A stretch of 64,000 bases of DNA from Gnetum montanum (lineage: Eukaryota > Plantae > Gnetophyta): NCBI GenBank assembly GCA_015680685.1, contig MNCI01002192.1, forward strand, positions 189,237 to 253,236. The letters run 5' to 3'. The position numbers and the translations under genes are program-made. Positions 24,397-37,027 of the stretch are shown piece after piece (the stretch's first letter is position 1; every line of letters starts with the position of its first letter). Below the pieces are notes generated by a model. The model ran no database searches. It saw nothing but the letters and a program-made list of their open reading frames with translations, and had not been told where the DNA came from.

Positions 24397-26140
24397 CCCA
24401 CAAATAGCTGAATAAGAAGAACTCCACCTCCAATGCCTTTGGGCCATCTAGCTCAGAATCACACCAAGGTTTCCATCATTAGCAATGCAACCCTACACCA
24501 TAGACTTCTTCTCGAAGAAATTTCAAAAGCCACCCTCCTACACATAGTTGAACTTTTGGATCCCAGCCATTACCTATAATTCTTATGCTTGTATTCTCTT
24601 TGAGCGTAAGTTAGTTTGTGAAGTAGAAAATCACATTTCTAACTTCACCATTCAAAATTTTTCATCTAGGAGTCTTTTTCTTGATGAAATCAAAGTTCTT
24701 GATTTTGGCCTCAAATTCATTTCTCATCCTCTTCCCATGGATCATGGTGTGGTTCTTAGGGATTTCACTACCTTTGCTAGAATTCTTCGATTACACAACT
24801 TATTTAAAGACAAACTAGAAGAGGTAAACCTTTCTTCTTCACCTTTTTTGAAAGTAATTCATCTTGCTAAGATAGAGCTACATTTTTGAAGCAAGTGGAA
24901 TTTCCCTGCCAGTAGCTTCAACCAACACCTGGAGACATCTATTCTTGATTATCTCTCGTCTTTGGAGGATACTCTTTCTTCTTCAGATTTTACTTGCAGG
25001 CCTATGCTTCCTCGATGTCTTCTTGGAGCCCTTTTTAAACTCTAGAAATATTGAAGCATTGTTATTCATCTTGCTGATAAAAATATGGGTTTCTGTGTCT
25101 TGGACTCTTCTTGGTACTATCCATAGGCCATTAGATAATTGTCAAATACTGATGTGTACCAACAAGTGAGCATCGTTACATGGGAATTCCTTCATCATCA
25201 GCTTCTCTCTATGATCAACTATTTTTCATAGGTTTTCTCTAATTTTAAGGGATCCATTTTGAAAGTACCTTGTGCTTTCTACCTGATCCCTAAACTTCAT
25301 AAACCTATTCTCGTTGGTCATCATATTTGCTCCTATTTAGGCTATTTACATGAACCACCCTCCCACCTACTCCACTACCTACTTTATCCCATACTTTGTT
25401 CTCAACCATATCATCTTTCAGACTTGTTAGCCTTGATCTATGACCTCCACTCCAAAGTCCTACCTCAAAATGTGTTTTTTTTTTTACTTTTGATGTAGAA
25501 TCTCTCTACCATAGCATTCCCATGGATTATGGCCTTGCTACTTTTTGAGCTATGGTTAAGTCATATTTTTAGGGTAACCCTTTTAATTTGCAGATCTTCT
25601 ACATCAATTCCATCATGGAGCTAGCCTCTCTAGTCCTTCAAGAACATTTCTTGGAGTTCAATGGGGTCTTCTGCAAATAGATTTGAGGCATCACCATAGG
25701 TAGCAACTTTGTCATTGTCTACGCTTGCCTATTTCTATGTCACTTAGAGAAACAAATTTTCTCTACCCTAAGCCCTAAGCATCTTCTCTACTTCAAAAGG
25801 TATATTGATGATTCCTTTGGTATTTGGAGGGATTCACAAGATTCCCTCTTCTAGTTACTTTATCGGTATGGTTCTTTCTATCCTACCATCAATATTATTC
25901 CCTCAATATCATAGCTCTTCAACAAACATTTTTGATGTTTCCTTCAGTATCTAACTTTGTTAACACTAGTATTCTTTCTACTAAGTGTTATAAAAAATCC
26001 TTGAATACTTATGAATACATCCCTTTCTCCTCTTGGCATCCTCACCATCAAAAGAAAGCCTTCATTGTTTCTAAGCTCAAATCATACATCATCATAGAAT
26101 CCTACCTTAGTGATCTTCAGTAGATTCAACAATAGTTATT
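24350..26140 (+). pseudogene. PLE RT ORF2, 3'-truncated and disrupted
   Basis: ORFs 24548-24889, 25259-25498 and 25824-26123 carry PLE RT motifs. Confidence 0.88.
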
Positions 26141-26144
26141 TTGA

Positions 26145-26248
26145 GTACCCAAAAACTTAAAATTTTAAGTACCAAAAATTTTAAATTTTCTAAAAATTTG
26201 AAGTACCCAAAAATTAAAATTTTAAGTACCAAAAATTTTAAGTTTCTT
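26145..26248 (+). repeat. Reiterated AAAATTTTAAGT(ACC/TTC) junction filler
   Basis: About five imperfect copies of a motif also present in the PLE UTRs (13865-13895, 16866-16882, 23029-23046). Confidence 0.75.
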
Positions 26249-28162
26249 CATTCATGTTCACCTAGTCTACTTCCTTAAGGTTGAAAACAATTGGGATATT
26301 CCTCTACTTGATATTAGTCCATGCTAAAGGCTCTTGTGAAAGGGTAGTAGTAGTTGCCTCTGTTGAAGTAGTAGTAATCTAAGGAGCTAAGAAATCAAAC
26401 ACCACTACAGAGATTTTAAATAGCTTAAAGGCCTTCTTTGTGTTGATTTCTTGCATGAACATCTTCAACTTTTGGCTCTTTATATCATCCTCTTGTAACC
26501 ACTTATAATAACTCTCATTTTATACCTTCTATTTGTGCTTGTGTTTTTTTTCATGTATTGCCCCCCTTAAGGACCCAAGCATAGTAGTCTTCTTAGTCTT
26601 TGATCTTACGAACTAACAAGTCCATCTAGATATCATTTTTTGCATTTCTCCTAGGTAGATCAACCTTGCTATGGATGGGATTCTTGTAGTGTGGTCATTC
26701 TATCTTCTTAGTTCACAAGGAGTCTCTATTGTCTACACAAGCCTCTACAAACTTCTTATGGTTTCTAAGGTCTCTAATCTCCTCTGCCTACTACTTGGTT
26801 TCTTTCTCCAATGCTACAACTCTCTCTCATAGGAATTTCTTTGAATGTTGGTATTCCCATGAAGTCTTGCCACATGAGAGGGCACATTCAATGGAACACT
26901 TGTATAACCTTTGTGGAACATTTTCTACTTCAAGCGGTAGTGCAAGCAAGTTATCAAGATCAATGTTATGTTCAGGGTCCCATCCAACCTTAGACATTGT
27001 AAGCAACATAACAAAATTTACATATAAAGACAATAAGTAAACAACAGAAATAATAAAAAATACTTTAAGCAACTAAGATCATGTAACCATAAAACATTAA
27101 AAGCCATAAAATATATATATAACAAAATATATAAAAATATATAAAGAATAAAGTAATTTAGGCAAAGCATTCTATTGTTCTTACCAACATCAAGAGTAAT
27201 ATGTTGCAACTGATCAATCATATCTTCAACCATACCATGCATAAAGTCAATCTTATTAGGAACCTCATCCCATGGTTTCATACAAAATATGGAGTTGGAT
27301 GCCTCTAGAAAGGGTTCAAACACTACAACAAGTATAACCATAAACTAAAAATTAAAATCAAATTTAACATGAAACTACATGATACAACACATAAACTAAA
27401 ATGCATAAATACCTGGAGGACCATGCAGGATGTCAATGTGAGTTTCATCATCAAATTTTGAATCTTCAAATATGGTATCCAAGGCATTCAATGCTTCAGT
27501 AGGTATTAGTTCATCATCCTCTTGTTGCCTTAGTGCATTCTCTTCTTGGTGTTTTCTCTATGCCTCTACAGCTACTTGGGTTGCCAGTTCTTGTTGTTTT
27601 CCTATAAGAATGACAAAGAAAAAATATAGAAAAAATTAGCAATTTTGCCTATATAATTAACATGATGACATAAATGTGCACATAACATAAAGAATATGCA
27701 AGATACCATAAAAACCAAGCATAAGAAAATATTGAATTAGAACATACCTAAAAAATTTGACGTGCTTAGTTGATCCTAAGGGATATCTTCTTTTTCACTA
27801 GCTACTCAACAACAATAACCATCTCTTCAATTAGTGGTTGCTTCCACTTTGCTTTGGTTGAACCATTAGCCTCAACACACAACTCCTTAGCTCTCTTAAC
27901 ACTTCCACAAGAAATATGGAGCTCAATTCCCATGTTGTTAGGAAAAGAACAATGTACACCACTCAATTTCTTAGTGGTAATAGATAATGATTCCTCAATA
28001 TCTTCGACTGGTGGGTTTTGAACCTACATGTCTAGAATAATATGTTTCACCCAAGGTTTGGAAAATTAGGATGGATCATGGAATATCCATTTTCCATCCT
28101 TCTTGACCACTGGGAATTCTAAGAACCTCCTTAGATATGCTACTAGAAATGCAAAATACAAG
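26244..28162 (+). repeat. 1.92-kb direct repeat, right copy
   Basis: Collinear with 10275-12195; continues into the uninterrupted exon at 28163. Confidence 0.92.
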
Positions 28163-31100
28163 TGGCATATTGTCTCAAGGTTGTTTCAGAATTTTGGATC
28201 TCATCCTATAGCCCAGAGACCTATTGAGTAGCCTAGTTAACCTTAGCACCTTCGATGAGGACCTTCTTCATGGTCCAAGCTTGTTGAATGCTAAGGATCT
28301 TCTTTTGCAATATCAACATGGGTAACGACCTAGAGCAAAACAATGGATACATCTCATTAACTTTTATTATGTAGCACTAGTCTAGAGGCAACCCATTGCT
28401 ACCACGATGAATGCTAAGCCATTCTTTGATCTCCTCTCTATGATCTATCCCTTTCCCTACCTTTATGGAAACCTTCATGTCATCAAAAGGTATGCCAAAT
28501 AAGACATTAAACATGGATTAATTGATTACCAAGATGACATGCACACTATTAACATGAGAGATGAATTTCTTAACTCCTTTTTCAAAAGAGTTAATGACAT
28601 TTACCATCTCTACAATAGGCATGGATGGGCTAGGAATCATAATTAGATTGAGCAAACCTGCATTGACAATCTTTTCCTAGATCTCTCTAGGTGCTCTACC
28701 AGTTGATCACTCTTGTGCTAAATCTACTTTGCCCCACTTAAGAATTAGTGTCTCCTTTTCACCTCCCAAGGTGATTATGGAAATAGTAGATTTAGGCATA
28801 AGATCTAAAATAGAACATGAACAACCAATTATCCTTTAGAATAAGCACACCACACAAGTAAAGTATATATATAACAAACATAGTAAAAAATCAAAATTAA
28901 ATTTTTAACCACATAGTTAAAACCCATTAAAAAATTAAGGCCTAAACAACTAAAAAACAAATAGAGAACATTAACATTAATAATCAAAAAATTAAAAAAA
29001 ATAAAAACTATTAAATTTTCTTATCTAGTTTCAGTAATGTAGGGGGTCCTAAAAGCCACAAGTGCATGTATGCCTAAGTCAGAAAGGCCCCACTAAATAG
29101 GAACAATCCTATTCACCAAACACTTGTGGTAGACTTTATAGTAACATGAAGTGTATATTCTGAAGTCATCCCTTAGTTGCTACAACACCATGAGTCTCAC
29201 ATGGGACCCTTGTGTAAAAACCTCCAATGATGTGTGTGCCAAGGGTAGAACTTGGTCACTCTTGATTAATTCTTCATTGTGCACTTTATACCTACACCAT
29301 AAAAATTCAACAAAAAAGTCTTAGGATAAAATAGTCTAATGAAAATAACAAGTGAAAAAAAAACATAGAATGGCACTTATGCTTGTAACTAGTATATAGT
29401 GCCAGAAGGATTTTGAAATAAAGTGTGGACTTGATGGCCTATCATTAATTTGTTGTTCACATTATACAAAATAAACTCAGGCATATCCCAAATTTGGGAT
29501 AACTTGTGTGTTCCTAGTGTGCACATATCATCGTGATGGTCACATTCCATACAAGTGGTAGGGCAATCTACCATGAACTTGACAATGAGACTAGTAGGAT
29601 GGGGTAGCAAAGTCTTTTCAATAACAACTACAGTGTCAAAGGCCAAGTGTAATCGTAAGATTATACTAAAGTTCTTCAATAGGAATGCTAAGAACTCTTT
29701 AGCCCTAGGCCTAAACCAAGGAGAACTATGATCCAAGACCATGTTAGGTAGCAAACTATTTGGTCCTAGGATATTTATGTAGCATAGAATCCCAACCATT
29801 TCAATTACCATTAGGATGGATTTCAAAAAGGCTCTACATAACCAAACAAAACCATTAAAACATAAAAGATTAGTAAACAAAAATTAACAAAAAATAAACA
29901 AAAAATGATGAATATAATTTCAATTTTCAAATATTAAATTCAAAATAAATTAAAGGCAAAATAATAAAATACAAAACTTCAAACTATCAATATTTTCACT
30001 TAAAAACTATGTAGAATATCAACACAAAACATTTATGAAAATCACATAGTTAAATAATGCATTAGAAATTTTTACATTAAGCATTAAAATATGAGAAAAA
30101 TACTATAATAAGTTTAAAACCATGATTAAAAATGTGTTAATGGTTGTGAAAATTTCAACTTAAGTTTGAAAAAATGTTGACTAGAAATCCTAGTTTATAG
30201 TGAAAAAACTATAGGAAAGTTGGATAAAAATTTCAAGAAGATTAGATAGATATTGAGAACCAAAATAAGCCATGTAAATGACCATTAGAGATCTTAAAAT
30301 ATCCAATAAAACATAATAAGTATAACAACACTACTAGTGCAAGCTGGGAAGCTTGCATGCTCAGCAAGTAAAACTACAACTGTATAGGGTAGTTCATGTG
30401 AACAATAATTTGAAAACAAAATTACCAAAAATTATTTTTCTAAGTTTAGGAAATGTAAACATACATAATTTAAGAAAACTTCTATACCAAAATTCCAATA
30501 ATGGGCATAGAAAAATTCACATTGTCGCTTGGAATCACTTTGAATTTTTTTCAAAAAATCTGGTTTGTAGTGAAACCTCTAGGAAAATTATGAGAAACTT
30601 TTCAAAAATTCTAAAACCTATTTAGAACCCTACTACACTATCCCATAAACCCTCAAAAGACTAGGATGTTCATAGAAAAATAGCCAAAGTATGCCAATGC
30701 TACTAGTCTTCGAAGGCCAAAAATAGCATTGTGCTTTGGTCTATGGAAAAAATCATAAGAAATTAACTGTAGCTCCAAAAATAGTGATTCAACCATTGAT
30801 GAGACCATTAAACACCATAGAATAACCTTATGGCATGAAAAACTAGAACTTTTATATCTAACCCTAATAAAATATTGTAAAGTTTAAACATTCTTTGGTA
30901 ACAAATTGTCAAAAACACATAGGATGGGCCAAAAAAATTCATAATTTTATAAAAAGAGTCCCTAAGGTTAAAATCACAACATGAGTTCATCAAAATAACC
31001 TAGATGCTACATTTAACACATATAAAACCAAATTTTCCCAAACACAAACCTAGGCATTACAAAATGCCTTCATACTACAGTAAAAATTGGTTGAAAATAG

Positions 31101-31859
31101 TTAATGAAGGGTACTTGGCAATCATGTTGGAAGAGCTTTTCTAATGGATGGTAATGGGAGGTGGGTGATTCCTCTACTAGTAGCCTTTTCCTCCTCTGGT
31201 GCTAAGTTCCTTTTGATTCCTCCTCTCCTCTTTAACATCTTGCAAGGATGAGATGAAATCTTTAGTTTCTTTATAACTACGCTACCTTGGTGATGGGAAA
31301 TAGAAAAAAATACATTGACTATGGATAGAAATATGGTAAAAAATGGCTGAAAATATTGTTTAACAACCTCTACTCCAAGAAAAAATCTAGAAAAAATAGT
31401 TTTCATAAAAATTCCAATGATGAAGCCCTCCATATACGTATGCATTAGTACGATAACCTTCACATCCAAAATGCCTACACAACATCGAGTGAACTCAATG
31501 GTCACATATGAAAAGTGATAAATATGCTAGGTTTACTTGGTTTTGAGTTTCAAATAATCTTTTAACCTTGGGTAGGCCCCATAGGGTTCCTCCTAAATAA
31601 ACCACAAAAAATCCCAATACAATGGGATTTATAATTTTAAACAAAAAATACACTAGGGATTAATGCCCAAGTAAACATTGAAAACTTGGAATGGATTCCA
31701 AGATCTATCCATGGTGAAGGTACATCTTCTAGCTATCCATGATTGATCCATTGTGGTTAATAAATTCCCATCTCAAACTAGAAATCCTAGACATTACCAT
31801 AAGAGGACTCTAGTTTCTAATAATGGTCAAAAAAACCCCTAAAACAAAGAATTCCAAGC

Positions 31860-33242
31860 ATAAATACATTGCCTACAAGAAAAGATACATTGGCTAGTGT
31901 ATTTTTACAAAGAATGGTGATGACTTGCACTAACCAAACCTCCAAGTAACCTCCAAATTACTGAGCCAAATCCCAAACCCTAACTAGAGCCTCCAACAAC
32001 TCCAAAACCCTAGAGACCCTATTAAAAGTTGTTAAAATCCACATATCCTTCAAAAGTACATTGGTATGAGCATTAAATACATTGACTAGTGTATTTTTGG
32101 AAGATGAGACATAAAATCCATCCATAATACCTTCAATAGTCTTCAATATTGCTAACCCTAGCCTTGACACCTACCTAGAGCCTCTAGTAAACTCAAAACT
32201 CTAAATGACAAGCCAAAAATAGGATAAAATTGGTCAAACCATGAAAGATATAATGGGATGAGATTAAATACAGTGGCTAGCAAATAAATTATAGGAACAA
32301 CTAAGAAAAATCCATGAACCAATTGAAATAGCCTTCAAATACCTCACACCAGTCACAGAATCCATCTAGAGCATCCAATAGTCATCAAACTTTGAAAACT
32401 AAGTCAAGAAGTGGTTAACAGTAGTAACATCCTCCAGAGATACATAGGCATCAACACTAAATATGTTGGCTAGTGTATTTTGTAGAGAAGTGACCAAACA
32501 GAGTCTCCAACAACCTCCTAGATCATTGATTTTAAGCCTAAACCCTAGTCGCAGATACTAGTGATCCCATAAGTTACAAAACCAAGTTTATTAATTATCC
32601 AAACTACCTAGAAGACATAATTTAATGGAAATATATTGACATCAACACTAAATACATTGGCCAATATATTTTTTGTTTTAATGGTAGTTTTGATAGCCTT
32701 ATGAAATTCTAGATTACCTAAAATTTAACTAGAGAAGCCTAGAACCACAAAACCTAAAACTAGTTGCAACTTGACCTTATTTTTAGCATGAAAAGTTTAA
32801 ATTTCATTATTTATATGTTGGGGTAATGGAAAACTATGCTGACTTGCATATTTTTGAATTGGAGTGCTCGAAACTACACTTTCATTGATCTATTACGACT
32901 TCTAAATGATCATTCTACAACCTTGAGACCCCTTCACTATCCAAGAAGATTGCTAAAGCTAAAATTTCAAGTCTAAAGAATCATGGAATAATTTTTTCTA
33001 AGAAAATACATTGGCATCAATATTAAATACACTAGCCAATGTATTTTCTAGCTCTTGGCAGCATGTAAGGCCTTTAGGAGGTCAAATCAACACCAAAATT
33101 AACTAATCCTTCCTCATAGTCCATTGCACTAACATTTTAGGATATTAGAACCTAGAAACTATTCTAGAAGAATCATAGAAATTAAATGTCACTAAAATAT
33201 ATGATGGGGCCTGCAATAAATACGTTGGCTAGTGTATTTATT
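31860..33242. repeat. ~192-bp-period array of palindromes AAATACRYTGGCYARYGTATTT (8 units)
   Basis: Palindrome centres at 31892, 32084, 32275, 32468, 32659, 32841, 33034 and 33227. Confidence 0.8.
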
Positions 33243-33884
33243 ATAAGTGATAGCACATTTATTCAAAATGCTTTATTTTTATCTTCAAATTGGCTCAAAA
33301 TGATCTCCCTGAGTGCCCAAGCATTTTTATTAATCTTGGTGCCTCCCACCATGGTCCGCTAAGGCATAAAATTGGAAAAATGTGACCTTGATTGACCAAT
33401 ATTCACAATGTTTTACCACATGTTACCTACCTTTATTGGTTTGGCCTTATTCCACTATGTTTTAGCTTGATCTAACCTTGTTTCACATTATTGTCTATCA
33501 TTTCCATATCATTTGGTGTCATCTGATCTCATTTTCATCATTTCTATAACATTTGGCTCTATCCCACCATAATTTTCTATCATTTGACATTATTTTAACT
33601 TAGTTGACTTGATTTGACATCAACTAATGTCATACTTTAATTAGACCTTATTCAAACTTTCTTGACATCATTTTATGGGGTTTGACCATCATTTGGCCTT
33701 TGTTTCAAATTATTTGATTTAACCTACCCCTTATAGCCTTTGTTGACCATGTTTGAACCTTTTTTAACCCTTTATATATTGTGTTTTGACAAATATAGGC
33801 ATTATTACACAATTTTTTACATTGACACCATTTAATAATTTTATCACATAGGTGTTACTCAATGTGCTTATGGAAGATTAGATT

Positions 33885-36800
33885 ATGGATACTTGGATGT
33901 AGTTTAGTTTACCTCTAATCTTGAGTAAACCTCATATTGATGTTGATTGATTCATTGACCTTAATTACTTAGATCTTGAACTTGAAAGCCTAGGCGATTA
34001 TATAGCCTCTATAGAAAAGCCTCTTGAATGGCCTAAACATTTACTTAAAACCCTTAACCTTAAGGCTCGCAATATTACTGAAGACTCTCTAGCTAATATT
34101 TTAGTTATAATGCATACTTGGTATGAGAAATACCATTGAAACTAAGTTTCTTAGTTGAACCCTAGTAGGCCCAATAGGTCACCAAGGTCCTTTAAGACAA
34201 CATTAAGATCTTTGCCTAGTCATATGAAGATATGCCAGGTGTTGATCCATGCCTAGTGCAACACAATATTATACTTGATCCTAGTATTAAGCCAATTAAA
34301 TAACAGGTTTACAAAATTAGAGAAGATCTAGCCCTGGTAGTTTGTGATGAGATCATAAAACTCTATTAAGTAGGTTTCATTCTAGCTATTGATTACATGG
34401 ATTGGGTGTTCAACATAGTGGTAGTCCCTAAGACAAATGGGAGTATATGTACTCGCATCAACTTTCAAGAACTAAATAAGGTAGCTATTAAATACAATTT
34501 TCCTTTTACTAGTATTGACCAACTCATCAATACTATGGCTATATATGCCTTGTTATCCTTCATGGATGGGTTCTTGAGATATAACTAAGTTAGGATTAAC
34601 CTAGACCATCAACTTTATATGACTTTCATGACCCCTTAGAAAAAATTTTGTTATACCATGATGCCCTTTGATCTAAAAAATGCAAGCATGACCTATCAAT
34701 GAGCGATGACATACATATTTAGTGACTAAATGCTAAGGTTACTTAATGTTTACATAGATGACATAGTGGTTAAATCTAAGTGGCTAATAATCATGCACAT
34801 GATGTATACTTGGTGCTTAAATGATTCCTGAAATATGAACTTAGGCTTAATCCTAAGAAGTGTGTTTTTGGCATTAAAACTAGTAAGATGCATGGTGTTG
34901 TAGTGTTCAAAGTAGGAACACATGTCGATCTTGATAAGATTAATGTCATTACTCACTTGATAGTACATACTAATCTTAAGGAGCTTTGGGAACTACAAGG
35001 TAGATTGAAATTTATTCATACGTTCATCTCAAGGCTTATGGATAAGCTACAACAAATGAAACACTTGCTTAAGAAAGGAGTTCACTATAAGTGAATTTCC
35101 CAATGCCAATAAGTCATCAATAAAATTAAGCAAGAGTTGGCGATAATAGTTGAGTTTGACCTACACTACATCTCCCAAGCGTTAACCAAAGGTCAAGCTA
35201 TAGCTTCATAAATCACAACTTTCTCTGTTGAAGACAACGCAACCATAGGCTTTGAATTCCTTGATGAGCATATCAACATTATTATTGAGGTACTTGAGGA
35301 TTACAAGGCCATCAAGCACTTTTACGGGGCCTCAAATACTCATGGGGCTAATGTTGCTACCATCTTAACATCATATTTTGATGTAATCCAACCCTTCACT
35401 TACCATTTTCAATTTTCAAGTATCAACAATGTGGCAAAGTATGAAGAATTAATCAAAGGAATAATGGTAGCCTATGACCAACGAATCAAATGCCTATGAT
35501 AAGAGTTGATTTACAACTTTTGGTTAACCAAGTAACTAAGGTTTATGCATGTAAAGCCAACCATTTATAATGCTACTATGACCTAGCTAATAAACTAATG
35601 CAACAATTTATAGATGTTAGTATCCAACATATACCATGAATCGAGAACACCTTAGTTGATGCCATTGTAACTTTGGCCCTAAGTGTGATGCTAGATGTGT
35701 TTAGCAAGTTACCTTTGTTAACCATGAACTGTACTACTTCCATCACATAGAACACTAAAGACATCTCTATAGCCATTGTTAATACTATTCCTCAAAAAGA
35801 ATGCTATGATGATATTACGTTTTATCTAATTCATGGTGAATAACTACTTCTCAAAAGGACATTGTGCATAAAATATTAAAGTAATATATCATTGTAGGAA
35901 ATAATACACTATGTCAAAGGTCTTATGATGATATATTATTAGTATGCTTGGGCAAAACTAAAGCCCACACACTTCTTGAATAACTTCATGAAGGAGTATG
36001 TGGAGTACATATAAGACCTAGAATCATGGCTATAAAAATTAGAAGATTAGGATGCTATTGACCCTATATGGAAAGTGACTACCTATAGAAAGTTAAGACT
36101 TATGATACCTATCAACAACATAGCAATCTAATACATGTGCCACAAACTAAGTTACATACTACTCAGGTAACTTGGTCATTTCAATGATGGGGACCTAACA
36201 TTATTGGACCTATAATGCCTAAGTATTCTGTAAAGCATAGTTTTATGATCACTAATACTGAATATTTTACAAAGTGGGTTCAAGCTATTCATCTAAGGAA
36301 AACAACTCCTAAACAAGTCTATAGATTCATACTAGATAGCATAGTAGCTTGTTTTGACATACCTCTAACCATAATCATAGATAATGGACCACAATTTAGT
36401 AGCCAAGAAATGCAAACCTTTTGTAAAGAACTAAGCATTAAGAATTTTTTTTGTCATCATATTATCCTCAAGCCAATGGAAAAGATGAAGCTGGTAACTA
36501 GGTAATCATAAACTTACTTAAAGATGCTAAATAATAATAGATGTAAGTGGCATGAGTGGCTTATCCATGCACTTTAGTCCTATAGGACTACCTTTCAAAC
36601 TACACCTGGTGTCACCCTATATAGCCTTATTTACAAATCCCAAGTTGTTTTACCTCTTGAATTGTAGGTTCCATTGCTAAGAGTGGCTTTATTTGACTTC
36701 ATCAACAATCAGTAGAACAAGGATTTGTGTGCAATCAACCTAGATTCGATGGAAGAGTAGTGAATAAAAATACTTTTTAAAATCGAATGATACTAATAGA

Positions 36801-37027
36801 GGCAAAAGCAACAAAATTTTCATAATCTAAATAAGCAAAAGATCAATAAAGGATACCTAGTCCTCAATACTATTCACAAGCATGTAAACAAGTTCTTAAC
36901 CAATTAGAAGGGGCCTTTCTTGGTTACAAAAGCCTATGGTAATAGAGGATTCAAATTGGCAGATAGGGATGGGAATGAATTGGCCAATTTGGTTAACCAT
37001 TCCTATCTTAATTATTATTACATCTAA
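33885..37027 (+). pseudogene. pol: pol (RT, RH largely deleted, aRH, INT) of element B
   Basis: LLSFMDGF, YIDDIVV, EYFTKWVQAI and DNGPQF motifs; collinear with the pol regions of A and D. Confidence 0.9.

Larger units (their letters stand above)
12196..26243. mobile_element. Chain of endonuclease-less Penelope-like retroelement (PLE) copies in both orientations
   Basis: Repeated PLE RT motifs: FYLIPKLHKP..GRPICS, FTFDVESLYPSIP, QIQGTAMGSNFA..YACLFL, YFKRYIDD, YQYIPFSSWHP. Hammerheads are present and no GIY-YIG domain follows the RT. Confidence 0.9.
9950..31240 (-). pseudogene. Antisense multi-exon accessory gene of element B, split by the PLE insertion; possible plant-transposon-protein (Transposase_32 / ATHILA ORF1-like) domain
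   Basis: Coding-like blocks alternate with T-rich introns. Acceptors at ~29833, 29291, 27601, 11378 and 10049; donors at ~27746, 27412 and 10202. Exon 28840-27746 reads FNVLFGIP...IEGAKVN*ATQ*VSGL...HLYFAFLVAYL. The domain call is from pattern recall only. Confidence 0.6.

Noticed and set aside
21374-26140. Telomerase (TERT) gene or LINE
   Set aside because: No TRBD/T motif, introns or APE domain seen; motifs and hammerheads are PLE-type and multi-copy.
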